Shown here: positions 8,725 through 19,300 of the stretch, in pieces
Layout: every line of letters begins with the position of its first letter
How positions within the stretch are numbered: the first letter of the stretch is position 1
From: an uncultured virus (IMG/VR IMGVR_UViG_3300028553_000021)
Taxonomy: Duplodnaviria; Heunggongvirae; Uroviricota; Caudoviricetes
Reading direction: 5' to 3' (one strand)
Length of the DNA stretch: 64,000 nucleotides
Virus record (IMG/VR): IMGVR_UViG_3300028553_000021
Made by a program: the position numbers and the translations under genes
The notes under the pieces: model-generated
Databases searched by the model: none
Seen by the model: only the letters and a program-made list of their open reading frames with translations
What the model was told of the DNA's origin: nothing

Positions 8725-10779
8725 ATGCCTAGGATTTCAGCCTTACCCGTCGCGACCTCGGCTCAGATTACAGACGAGATACCAATCGTACAAGGCGCTG
8801 TCACTAAGAGACTTTCTTTTGCGACCGCACAGTCTTCAGGTCTTTTCTTACCCGCTGACAATTCGATTTCCACGGCAAAACTGGTTGACGACGCTGTTAC
8901 CGCTGACAAGTTGCAGGCTGATATTTCCAATAACGCTAACCGTGCGGTAACATCCAACCATATCCAAGATTCGGCTGTTGTCACGGATAAGATTAATAAC
9001 CTTGGGGTAACAACCCCCAAGCTTGCGGACGGGGCTGTGACAAACGTAAAGCTTGCCGCGAATTCTCTGACAATTTCTAAGTTTACTACGATCGATCAAA
9101 TTTATCTACAAAATGCTGGGACAGCTAGGCCTGGAACAGCCGTCATAACTAATGGTTCGGTGGAAAATATAGTTGTGTACCAACAGGGTTCCGGATATTT
9201 GTCGACCCCGAATGTCGTGATTAGCCCTTCCCCGACTGGTAACACCGCAACTGCTGTTGCTACTTTGACTGGGGGTGCCGTAACTTCCATAGCTGTCTCG
9301 AACCCAGGGTCAGGCTATATCACAGATCCAACTGTCACCATTGACGCCAGCCCTGGGACAACGGCTAAAGCTTTTGCTTATGCTATTACCAGCGGACTGG
9401 CGGCGCAAGACGATGGGAACCTAGGTGTCGGCTCAGAGCAAGCTGGATTTTTTATCACGGCCGATAAAAAAGTGAAAGTGGTTGGCTATAACAACTACAC
9501 CAAGAATGCAACCGGTGTCGGCAATTCTAGCAACCCTCTTCCTTCGGAGTGCGCTGTTGGCACGAGCTCTGGATCTTATGTAAAGCCTTACAAGATATAC
9601 GGAGCATATAGCAACACTTACATGATTGACACGCTTGGTCGAGTTTATAGTTGTGGGAGTGGGGCTAACAATGGAAACGGCCAAGCGGGAACAAGTGATC
9701 TCGCGGTGCTCTACCAAATCCCCTCCACGTTCTTCGGGAACAAGCCAGTAGTTCAACTTTCGTATACGGCGAACAGCACGGCCACAACCGTTATTGCTCG
9801 GACAGCGGACGGGAAAGCCTACGGTTGGGGTTACCAGAATTACGTCCCCCTCGGGAATGGCTCAGCCGCTAATGTGGCAACCCCTATTGCTATTGCAAGC
9901 GGAAATACGCTGACCGATGTTAAACTCATTGGCGGTCAGACTTACGCTTCATCCTTGTTGATTGAAGCCGGCACCGGACAGGTTTTATGTTCGGGATACA
10001 ACGGTTACGGGCAACTCAGCCAAGGCAATACAACGGATAGAACCACTTTTGGGTACTATCTAAAATCCGCCGGTACTCCATTGGGGGCCGGAGCGGAAGG
10101 AAAGGTGATTAAGGCACTCGGATCTGGTGATGGTTCTTATTGCTATACAGTTCTCTTAACCGATCAAGGTAAAGTATTTACATCTGGGTATAACGGGCAC
10201 GGTCAACGGGGGACTGGGGGCACCACTGCCACAAACGCTGGGTATGCTAACGAAGTCATGTCCAGCGGGGCTGTTGATATCTATGTCCCCGTTGGAAATA
10301 CTTCCTACAGTTACACGATGATCCGAAAATCGGATGGTTCAGTATGGGCCGCCGGTTACAGCGGACATGGAAATTTCGGAAACGACGGGACAGCCGGTAC
10401 CAATTCAACTTTTGTTCAAGTTTGGAATCCGGCCACACAGGGAACGACAGCAGTTAAATTAGTTTTAGCCGGAGCTAATAATTATTTCACCACATACTTA
10501 TTAGGCGCGAACGGGGTTCTTTACGTCTGTGGCCGAAATGATTACGGACAGTTGGGAGACGGGTCAGCGACCCAAAGAAATTCTTGGGTACAGACGAATT
10601 TAAATCCTGGGGTAGCAACCATTGTTGATTTCCGAGTTGACAGCTACGGACACGTCATCAACCCAAGAGTCTTGATGAGTGATGGGAAAGTTTATACCTG
10701 CGGCTATAACGGAAATTGGTCTTTAGGAAACGGTTATGCCTACAGTTATTACGCAACTTGGAACAACATCCTCTTTTAA
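8725..10779 (+). CDS. Tail fibre/receptor-binding protein with RCC1-like beta-propeller
   Basis: N-terminal 'RISALP', AVTxxKL repeats, several 'GYNGYGQL' RCC1-type repeats. Confidence 0.8.
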   Translation: MPRISALPVATSAQITDEIPIVQGAVTKRLSFATAQSSGLFLPADNSISTAKLVDDAVTADKLQADISNNANRAVTSNHIQDSAVVTDKINNLGVTTPKLADGAVTNVKLAANSLTISKFTTIDQIYLQNAGTARPGTAVITNGSVENIVVYQQGSGYLSTPNVVISPSPTGNTATAVATLTGGAVTSIAVSNPGSGYITDPTVTIDASPGTTAKAFAYAITSGLAAQDDGNLGVGSEQAGFFITADKKVKVVGYNNYTKNATGVGNSSNPLPSECAVGTSSGSYVKPYKIYGAYSNTYMIDTLGRVYSCGSGANNGNGQAGTSDLAVLYQIPSTFFGNKPVVQLSYTANSTATTVIARTADGKAYGWGYQNYVPLGNGSAANVATPIAIASGNTLTDVKLIGGQTYASSLLIEAGTGQVLCSGYNGYGQLSQGNTTDRTTFGYYLKSAGTPLGAGAEGKVIKALGSGDGSYCYTVLLTDQGKVFTSGYNGHGQRGTGGTTATNAGYANEVMSSGAVDIYVPVGNTSYSYTMIRKSDGSVWAAGYSGHGNFGNDGTAGTNSTFVQVWNPATQGTTAVKLVLAGANNYFTTYLLGANGVLYVCGRNDYGQLGDGSATQRNSWVQTNLNPGVATIVDFRVDSYGHVINPRVLMSDGKVYTCGYNGNWSLGNGYAYSYYATWNNILF

Positions 10780-10782
10780 TTT

Positions 10783-11523
10783 ATGTCTTTAATCCCCGGA
10801 ACATTACCATCAGGAGCTTGCTACGGAACCCCGCAGGAACTACTGGATCTGTTTGCCCAGTATCTGGACATTCCAGCTTTCGCCGTTTCCAGTAAGGTTT
10901 TATACAGCGCGACAAGTCCTTCCCCGAATACCGATTTTGTTTGGATCAACACGGCCGGCGGAGATACCCCACTTTTAAATCTATACAACGACGCAACCGG
11001 TGGGTACGAACCTTTTCCTTTTGCGGGTGGTGTGAGTTCTAACGAGAGATTGATTTCGGATAAGACTGCGATAACAACTTTGGTTAACTCTGATTTATTT
11101 TTAGTTGGTACTCTTGGTGGTGGTTCTTATTCATCGTTGAAAAAGATTACGTGGGCTAATATGGCGGGGCAGATTCCGGCTGGGTCTGTCACCTTCCCAA
11201 TGCTATCGACAAGTGCAACCGCAGCGAACAACGTGGCAAAACGAACTGCAAAGGCTTTTTGTGTTGCGGTAAACGGTGGAACGCTTCAAAGCGGAAGTTT
11301 TGGCTTTTCTTCCGTTACTGACGGTGGATCAGGTTTGTTGCAATTGAATTTTAATTTTACCGCATCAACAAACGCTGTTGCCGTTGCCACAAATCATGCT
11401 GCGGGGGCGATGGGGGGGATTGAAAGAACTGGCCTAACGGCAGCATCGGTTACTTATCAAAGCAGAAATATTGCTGGCAATGCACAAGATTGCAATATTA
11501 GCTGCGTTGTTTTCTCGGAGTAA
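10783..11523 (+). CDS. Short tail fibre-like protein
   Basis: G/S/T-rich with a beta-rich C-terminal tip; tail block context. Confidence 0.6.
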   Translation: MSLIPGTLPSGACYGTPQELLDLFAQYLDIPAFAVSSKVLYSATSPSPNTDFVWINTAGGDTPLLNLYNDATGGYEPFPFAGGVSSNERLISDKTAITTLVNSDLFLVGTLGGGSYSSLKKITWANMAGQIPAGSVTFPMLSTSATAANNVAKRTAKAFCVAVNGGTLQSGSFGFSSVTDGGSGLLQLNFNFTASTNAVAVATNHAAGAMGGIERTGLTAASVTYQSRNIAGNAQDCNISCVVFSE

Positions 11524-11524
11524 T

Positions 11525-11950
11525 ATGAAAAAAATAATTTACAGAACATTAAACGGCGTAGCAGTTGTAACACCAGCTTTGTCAACCGAATTGTATATTG
11601 AACAAATTTCAAAAAAAGATGTTCCAGAAGGAAGCGAATTTTCAATTGTTGACGAATCAAAAGTACCAAAAGACAGGACTTTTCGGGAAGCTTGGGAGTA
11701 TTCTGAAAAAGAGGTTTTAATCAACTCACATAAAGCCAAAGCAATCTGGAAAGACAAGTGGCGTGAGGCTCGTAAGCCTTTGCTTGTTTCTCTCGACATT
11801 GAGTTTATGAAGGCAGTTGAAACTACTGACACCGAGAAGCAGGCTGAGATTGCATTAAAGAAACAAGAACTTCGTGACGTAACCGATACCCCAATTCCTG
11901 GAACTACCCCTGAGGAAATCAAAGCCGTCTGGCCTGAGATCCTCAACTAA
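11525..11950 (+). CDS. Tail-fibre assembly chaperone-like protein
   Basis: 'KDVP..PKDRTFREAW..REARKPLLVSLD..KQELRDVT' pattern typical of genes following fibre genes; ATG 11525 chosen as start. Confidence 0.65.
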   Translation: MKKIIYRTLNGVAVVTPALSTELYIEQISKKDVPEGSEFSIVDESKVPKDRTFREAWEYSEKEVLINSHKAKAIWKDKWREARKPLLVSLDIEFMKAVETTDTEKQAEIALKKQELRDVTDTPIPGTTPEEIKAVWPEILN

Positions 11951-11953
11951 GCC

Positions 11954-13291
11954 ATGGCCATCACCCTAGCAGAAGCCAAGGCTGCCCTTTCCACTTACGT
12001 CGATAACGGAGTCTACCCTACCGACGACCGAGTGATCGCCCGTATTAACGAGGCGCAGAGACGCCTCTATGCGGTGCGTACTTGGTTGGGTGTATTGGCG
12101 AAATTCTCGGTTCCTGTAAACCCCATCCCTCCCTATACATTTACTCTTCCTGATTATACCGGCGGTGCGCTTAATAGCTTTGCGGACTTTGGACTGGCCA
12201 CGGCTCTTCGAGTAGCCACCTGCAACGTTACCGCTGGATTGTTGACCAACTCCGAGCAAGCTTTCCTAACTGACAATACTTCCTTGGTAAAGATAAATAG
12301 ATTACCAAGTTCTTCAAACTACCGCGAATACGAAGTATCGGGTGTTAACCCAATTCCATCTTTCGTAGAAGTAACTGGGAAGCTCCAGTTCCGACCAGCC
12401 ACTTTAAGTACCGACCTCCTAATCATACAAGACTTGGATGCACTCCGTCTGATGCTTCTTGGTCTTTGGAGAGAACAAAACGGGCAACTAGATTTAGCAC
12501 AAACATTCGAAGCGAAAGCTGTCGAACGTCTATCTATTATCCTAGATAAAACCCTAGAGGGTGCTAGAAGAGTTGCTTACCAATCCAAAGTCAGCGGATC
12601 ACAACAAGGAACGATGGGCTTTACCCGAGCAAGAATGGCCTTGGATCTCAAAGATGGTCTCCACACGGACGACGCTGTACTGTTCCACGCGATAGACAGA
12701 GCCGAAGAACACTTGATGACAAAAGGGAAGTGGTTCGGCACTATCCAGCAGTTTACCGTAGATGTTTCGGCTACTGGGGAAATTTATCTTCCTACCGAAA
12801 TTGACTCTATTCTATTTGCTTCTTTCTATTCCGACAGGGTGAACCTCTTTGCTCGGGAGTATGACTTCCATGAGAACGGCCCTGGATATAGGACTTCGGC
12901 TAACAGCGAATACGAGAGAGCGGTTCTTGTCGACAGGGGCGAGGAGTTCGTATTCGATGCTCTTCTGGGTACAACCGTCCCGAAAAGAAAATATTTTGTG
13001 ACTAAGCCGGAGGACAATGAACCGACTTCCCCGCTAACGATTTTAGCAAAAGTACGATTCATCCCAAAACAAAATGATAATTCGTACATGACAATCAAGA
13101 ACTACCCTGCCTTGGTAGAAATGGTCACGGCCTTGATGCAAGCGGAAAAACCAGACTTTTTCACCTTCCATGAAAACAAAGCTGTCGAACTCCTTCGCGC
13201 TGAGCTTCTTGAGAAGCGGGGTGGTGCTAGACTCACCATGCAGGTTCAGGGTGTGGGCTTCGCTATGGGCGAAATTCCCAATATCCTGTAA
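11954..13291 (+). CDS. Head-tail adaptor/tubular protein A-like, internally duplicated
   Basis: 'VIARINEAQRRL' adaptor-like helix; two similar halves; synteny. Confidence 0.6.
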   Translation: MAITLAEAKAALSTYVDNGVYPTDDRVIARINEAQRRLYAVRTWLGVLAKFSVPVNPIPPYTFTLPDYTGGALNSFADFGLATALRVATCNVTAGLLTNSEQAFLTDNTSLVKINRLPSSSNYREYEVSGVNPIPSFVEVTGKLQFRPATLSTDLLIIQDLDALRLMLLGLWREQNGQLDLAQTFEAKAVERLSIILDKTLEGARRVAYQSKVSGSQQGTMGFTRARMALDLKDGLHTDDAVLFHAIDRAEEHLMTKGKWFGTIQQFTVDVSATGEIYLPTEIDSILFASFYSDRVNLFAREYDFHENGPGYRTSANSEYERAVLVDRGEEFVFDALLGTTVPKRKYFVTKPEDNEPTSPLTILAKVRFIPKQNDNSYMTIKNYPALVEMVTALMQAEKPDFFTFHENKAVELLRAELLEKRGGARLTMQVQGVGFAMGEIPNIL

Positions 13292-13320
13292 CGCAACCAA
13301 TTATTGACGAACGGCTTAAA

Positions 13321-13713
13321 ATGAAAGATATCAATGGTCAAGTGACAACCTACGTCGAAAAGAAAATCCCCTTCTATCGGCATTGGAACCGTAAGGATTT
13401 AAAGGCAATGATCAAATTCTTTGCGGACTTGGGTCAGTTAATTGTACACCAGAACTCGAAGGGTAAAGTTGATGGGGTTTTGGCTTTGCAATTTGTGGAC
13501 AAACCCTCAGATATCAAAGAGTGGAAGAATGATCTTAAATCCCAAGGTGTTGCAATTATTGTACTGGCTTCCGATGATAAGGCTATTCGGGGCGAACTTG
13601 TCCGGAATGCGATGGCTATCTCGGGTGTTCGTTCTTGGATCTGTTTTGAGAGGGGCAAATACGACGACCGTATGCGCACCTTGCCTTGGGCTTTAGCGGA
13701 GAGGATGGCTTAA
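13321..13713 (+). CDS. Hypothetical protein, possibly GNAT-like (T7 gp13 position)
   Basis: Size and position immediately before the ejection proteins. Confidence 0.5.
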   Translation: MKDINGQVTTYVEKKIPFYRHWNRKDLKAMIKFFADLGQLIVHQNSKGKVDGVLALQFVDKPSDIKEWKNDLKSQGVAIIVLASDDKAIRGELVRNAMAISGVRSWICFERGKYDDRMRTLPWALAERMA

Positions 13714-13714
13714 T

Positions 13715-14710
13715 ATGGGAAGTCGACGCTCGGCACCAGCACCCCCACAATTGCAGGCACCAAGAGAAGTACCGCTCTCGGAGACGTTCGCAAAGTTTTT
13801 GGGGCAGGAAGCACAATTCCCAGCTCTTTCATCGTTCGCCTCTAACGTAAATAGACAGTTCCGTCAGGAACTTGAGACAGGTTTGCCAGGAACACTTGGA
13901 GCGACAACCCAGATAAGTACACTTGTCAACCAGTTGTTAGAAGGGGCTATACCCGCTGATGTTCAGGCCCAAGTGCAAAGGCAGGGAGCCGAACAAGCGA
14001 TGGCACTCGGAGTTCCTGCAACGAGCGGGATGGCTCGGAATTTACAAGCTCGCGATTTTGGGCTGACCTCAATGGAGCTGATGCAACAGGGAGCAGCGTA
14101 TACTCCAGGACTTGTGGAGTTATCTAACTTCTTATCGCCCCAGCAGACCCAAAACTATTTGTTCTCGACTGGTCAGTTGCGTGGTGAAGATTTAAAACAA
14201 GCCCAAGACCAAGCCAACGTGGCTAACCAAAATGCTATGAACAAATACAACTATGATGTGGCTAAAGCCCGAAGCGGAGGCAATGGGGCATTATTTGGAA
14301 CAATCGGTGGTCTTGTTGGAGCCGCCGCCGGATCATTCCTTATGCCGGGAGTTGGTACGGCTTTGGGCGGTATGCTCGGAAGCGGTCTAGGGAGTTTAGC
14401 TGGGGGTGGTGGTTTCTCTCTCGGGGCTGGGCAATCCGGCGGGGCGGTCAGTTCTCTGGGCGGGATGGGCGCCTCGTTATTTGGCGGAGGGTTACTGGGC
14501 GGAGGGGGTGGAAGCACAGGGCTTTCGGGACTGGGCGCGGGATCCACAGCATTTAATTCTATGGGTCAAGCCTTCTCAGTCCCAACAAATTCTTATTTCT
14601 CACCTTCGAGTCCTTCCGTAATGAACCCACTTAATAATTTCCTTGTACCACAATCCAGAGGATCTTACGGCGGTCAATATCCAATATCCGTAGGAGGTAT
14701 CCAGTTCTAA
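13715..14710 (+). CDS. Internal virion/ejection protein (small, Gly-rich hydrophobic tail)
   Basis: Q/A-rich helices plus a glycine-zipper region; synteny. Confidence 0.65.
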   Translation: MGSRRSAPAPPQLQAPREVPLSETFAKFLGQEAQFPALSSFASNVNRQFRQELETGLPGTLGATTQISTLVNQLLEGAIPADVQAQVQRQGAEQAMALGVPATSGMARNLQARDFGLTSMELMQQGAAYTPGLVELSNFLSPQQTQNYLFSTGQLRGEDLKQAQDQANVANQNAMNKYNYDVAKARSGGNGALFGTIGGLVGAAAGSFLMPGVGTALGGMLGSGLGSLAGGGGFSLGAGQSGGAVSSLGGMGASLFGGGLLGGGGGSTGLSGLGAGSTAFNSMGQAFSVPTNSYFSPSSPSVMNPLNNFLVPQSRGSYGGQYPISVGGIQF

Positions 14711-14711
14711 T

Positions 14712-16313
14712 ATGGCAGAGCAATATCAATTACCAGCACAGTTCCAAGCCCCTAGCATGGCAGAGGTTTCCTATCGAGCCGGAGATAGTCAATCCGTGGA
14801 CAACGCGAACTTTGCATTGTTCACGGATCAGATCAATAAGTACACCAATATCCAGAACGCTAACCGAGATATATCCCTCAGGGAAAAACAATTCCAAAAT
14901 CTTGTTGTCCAGAATGATAGGGATTACGTCCTAAGGAGGGAGAGGCAGGATCAGGACATACGAAATGGTGATGTTACTTATGAGATTAATAAATTTAACT
15001 TTGACCGGAACAGAGAAAATTATAACCAATTACAAGAGGCGTGGGGCCAGAGAGAAAAATGGGTCGAGGGGGTCGATAATTTGATGCCGAGTGGGGGAAA
15101 TAGCCCGACCTATCTTAGGGACAAAGCAAGAGCATTTAGACTGTTTGCCAAGAACCCCTCTTCTTACGCAGTTCTGAACGAACTATTTAAGCCCTACGAT
15201 GACCAATACAGAGTATACCAAGCTAATAAGTCTTTAGAAGACGAGGCAGAAGTTCAGTCTGCTTTCGAGTCTGGTTTGCTGGATGGTGAAAAAATCGGAG
15301 ACCAAGACGCGACTGCTTATTTCCGAGACATTATCTTAAACCGAGAAGCGGATCCAGTCTCGTACGCCGCTGGGATGCGAAACCTAAAACGTATCGCGGG
15401 CATAGCGCAAGAAGATGTTGCTCGGCGTCGCCAAGCTTTGATCGAGGGGGAAACGAAAGGTAAGTTCGAGGCCGAAGCTTTTGGCGCAGGTGCTACCGAT
15501 GTCGAATTGACGATGGAGGGTGGTAAGATTGTCCGTAAAGCCAAGACTCCGAGGGTGTATGGGGCGTCTAGAGCTGGCACGTCTGCTTCCGGCCCGAACG
15601 TTTCACAAATTTCTCAAGCTTCGAAAGACTATATTGACTCGGCTACAAAAATTGGGGAACAAATAACAGAACTTCAAGGGAGTATTGACGGAATGCCGGA
15701 AGGAATTGAAAAGACGGCAGCCGAAGCAAATCTTGCTGGATTGCAAAGGCAACAACAATTTTATTACAAAAAAGCCGAAGAGGTTTCTTCACAAGGGGGC
15801 TCAACGACTCCGAGTGGAACACCTGCCGGAACTGGCGCTCGAGGGGTTTTGGGTGCCCCGAGCCTAGAGGATGTGAAGAAATCAGCTCCGCAGGGAACGC
15901 CTCCAACGGTTCCCCCTGCAAAAACTTCAACTCCGACGCCGGCGCCCGGAGCTTCTCCCCTTGAGTCTACACTTTCTCCTGGAGCTAGAGCAGCACTCGG
16001 AGTTGGTGAGGGGGCAGTCGGAGTTGTAGGGGCCGCAGCAGAAACAGCGATGAAGAGTATTCCTGGTGTAGCACCCGCCCTTTTTGCAGCAAAAGCAGTT
16101 AAACCCAGCCTAGAGTTTGCAGAGTCTGCTGGGTCGGTAGCTCGAGAGCTGACTCAATACTCCAAGAATGTTAACCGAGCGGAGAAAGCAGCAAGGGAGA
16201 GAGCCAAAAAAGGTGAAAATTTCCAAGCCGCATTGCTCGATGAACAGAGAAAAATTATAGAAGAATTAAGCCAAGCCGCAGACTCCAAGTCATCGGTAAC
16301 TTCCAAACTCTAA
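14712..16313 (+). CDS. Internal virion/ejection protein (medium)
   Basis: Helical low-complexity protein between two other ejection-type genes. Confidence 0.6.
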   Translation: MAEQYQLPAQFQAPSMAEVSYRAGDSQSVDNANFALFTDQINKYTNIQNANRDISLREKQFQNLVVQNDRDYVLRRERQDQDIRNGDVTYEINKFNFDRNRENYNQLQEAWGQREKWVEGVDNLMPSGGNSPTYLRDKARAFRLFAKNPSSYAVLNELFKPYDDQYRVYQANKSLEDEAEVQSAFESGLLDGEKIGDQDATAYFRDIILNREADPVSYAAGMRNLKRIAGIAQEDVARRRQALIEGETKGKFEAEAFGAGATDVELTMEGGKIVRKAKTPRVYGASRAGTSASGPNVSQISQASKDYIDSATKIGEQITELQGSIDGMPEGIEKTAAEANLAGLQRQQQFYYKKAEEVSSQGGSTTPSGTPAGTGARGVLGAPSLEDVKKSAPQGTPPTVPPAKTSTPTPAPGASPLESTLSPGARAALGVGEGAVGVVGAAAETAMKSIPGVAPALFAAKAVKPSLEFAESAGSVARELTQYSKNVNRAEKAARERAKKGENFQAALLDEQRKIIEELSQAADSKSSVTSKL

Positions 16314-16315
16314 CA

Positions 16316-16344
16316 TTGCCGGACTACAAAAGTTTTGGTATTTA
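16316..16344 (+). promoter_or_regulatory. Promoter-like TTGCCG-N17-TATTTA
   Basis: Fills the gap upstream of the giant gene. Confidence 0.45.
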
Positions 16345-16351
16345 GATCTTT

Positions 16352-19300
16352 ATGGCCGTGATCAACGAGGAGGATCTGCAAGAGTACCTCGAAGAACAAC
16401 GGGCACTTGCCGAAGCCCCCGAAGAATTTGAAGCTCCAGTAGCTCAAGTTCAAGAAGCTCCAGCCCAAGAGTTTACAAACTGGGATTCTTACACCTCGGA
16501 TCCTGAATATCAGACCCTCGATTCATCGGAAAAGCAGGAGTTGTACGACCGGTGGCGTCAATACGCCACAAATTACTTAGCATCAACGGGGAACCTGACC
16601 ACCAAAGACGATCTAGAATTTACCAAAAGCTATTTTTCGGGCATTGCGGAACAAGAAGGGCTCAAAGGAGCAGACTACAAACCACCAAATTATGCCGAAC
16701 AGTTGATTCAACAGGGTCAGTCTGGTTACAGGTCGCTGGAATCTGGTGTTGCGGGATACGGTGCATTGATTGGTGTAGCAGATACCGAGAGCGCAGCCAA
16801 TGCGATCGCAGAAAGGAACAGACAAGAACAGGATAAATACATCAGCCCTGAATTCCAAGAGTACGGCAATAAACAACTTGGATTTTTTGGGGCGGTAAAA
16901 GAAATCGTAACGAACCCGTTTGATTTGGCGCTGCCGTTTCTAGCGCAAAGCATGGGATCGAATCTCCCAGCCTTGGCCAGTTCACTTGGCATTGCTGGAG
17001 TAGGTGGGGCGGTTGCTGGGCCAGCCGGTGCAGCAAGTGCTGGCTTGTATTCCAGCGCTATCTTGGGTGGGGCAACTGATGCTTTGGTAACCGTTGATCA
17101 GTTGATCAAGGAAGAAGTCCAAAAGCGTGGGCTTAACCCGACGGATCCGCAAGCGGTTGCTTCAGTATTAGCTGATCCAGAGTTTAAGACGTATGCCATC
17201 AAGTACGCCAATGCCCGTGGCTTGGCGATCGGAGCGACGGGGCTGGCTGCGTTTGGGCTCGGGACTATTTTAGCTACCCCTGCTCGAGAGATTGCCAAGG
17301 CCGGCGTACGGGGAATTGCCGGAGAGGTCGGGAAACAAATTGGAATTCAAGTTGTCTCAGAACCGGTTGGTGAAGTTGCAGCCCAAGCCGGAGCTCAAGT
17401 AGCGACTGGCCAACCGATTGATATTAAGGGGCGAGAGGTAGCCGAAGAATTAGTTGTTGGCTTACCCATGTCCGGAGTTGAGGCTGGGGTCCTGACCTAC
17501 AAAAACTTGGTCGAGAACAATGCGCCGGCCACCGCCGACGAAGTTCTAGTTAATCAAGTCTCTGACTTTCGGAAGCAGGAGTTGGAACGGGCGTTGGCTA
17601 GAAATGAAGTGGATAAGTTTTATGGGGTTCTTTCGATAGGGGAGAAAGCAAAAACTCTTGGTCTTGCCCCTAACGCCGTGCTTACGGGCGAACAAAGTAT
17701 TTTTGACACCCTAACCACGGAAGAAAAACAAGCGGTACAAGTTGCTTTCGAAGCCACGAAACAAAGAGTTCAACCTCCGGTGCTTGCTCGGGAAGAAGTC
17801 CCAGCGCAAGCAGGGGAACAACCTCCGGTTTTAAAGGAACCTGTCGCAAAGGTTGCGGCTGAAGTGCCTCCGGTTTTAGAGCCTCAAGTTACGGCAGAAG
17901 AAGCCGAGGCAGAGGCGGCCAAAGCGTTTGAGCAGGCGTTGGAGACGACGCCTCCCGCTCCCGAAGTGGCGGTTACACCGCAAGAAGCCGTCAGAGAAGC
18001 CGGGGCAGAGGCTGGTGTTCCGGCTCCTGCGCCAGAGACGACGGCTCCGATCTCGGAAGCGGTTCAAGTTCCACTTGAGCAAGTAGCTCCGGCGTCAGCT
18101 CAGGCTGTTGCTGAGACCCCAGCTCCTGCCCCAGTACCTGAAACACCAGCAACCCAAGAAAAAGATTTGGAAGAAATAATTTCAGACGCAGCCGACAGTC
18201 AAAGGGGGAAGCCAGAATCAGTGATGATGGATGTGACTATGAAACTTAAAGACGAAACAGCGTCATCTCCATCATTAATAGATCTATTAGAACATGTTGG
18301 AGATCTCTCTAATAGAGCACAAAAAAGAAATGCTATTACGAATGTCGAAGAAAAGATAAGAAAAGTTGAAAGGTACGGCCAAGACGGAAGAGACACATTA
18401 GAGAAAGAGATTGAACAGGGGTACCGAGACAATGCGGAGTACAGAGTACTAAAATCTATACCAGAACTGGCGGCGTTAAGGGACAGGGTTGGAGAGCCCG
18501 AAGGACCCACGTCTTTGTTTGAGGTTTACGAAAGAGTAAGGAAAGAGCACGGGTCTAAAATCGAGGCAGAGATAAAAAGATCAAAAGAGATTGCAAAGCA
18601 GGAGCTTAAAAAATACGTAGAGGCCCACGAAAAATTTAATAAACCAGTAACTAAACTGGGAAAACTCGGAAAAGACGCGGCTATTGCTTTAGGGAATCAA
18701 GACTTTAACAAATTGAGAAGTATTGTTTCCGAGATGAGAAAGTGGATAGACACTTATAATAAAGCCAATGAACAAAAGAGAGACACAATGTTCAATGAGC
18801 TAGCAGGAAAACCAACTACTGCCCCAGTAACTCAGAAACTTCCCCCTACCAAGAAACAAGTTACAGTTCTTTCTAAACTGGGGTATTTACCGGCGGACAT
18901 CGAAGGGCTAGATAGGGTTCAAGCAAAAGAGATTATTGGTAATCAAACTCCGAAGACCCCAACCATTGAAGCACCGAAAGAAAAAGTCGAAGCCCCAGCC
19001 CAAGCAGGAACCCCTGCTCCCGCCGTCCCGCCAGCCCCTGTCGTCGGAGAAACCCCTGCCGCCTCGGCACAGCCACCGGCTGGAGAAGTTAGTCTACCTG
19101 TGGCACCTCCAGCGAGTGAACCAACCACCCAGACGTCCCTCGAAGAGAGATTAGGCCAAGCGGATAAAAAACTTACAGCGCTTCTCGAAAAGCTGGGCGG
19201 GGTTCTCGGGTCGGATGTCAAACTAGACGCAGCTTCAGTTGCTGCTTTTTTCGGAGGAGTTCCAGATCAAGCCACTCAGGCTCGTATTGAATCCGTTTTA

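Noticed and set aside
600..11523. Diversity-generating retroelement acting on tail fibres
   Set aside because: No reverse transcriptase and no TR/VR pair with adenine-specific mismatches was seen
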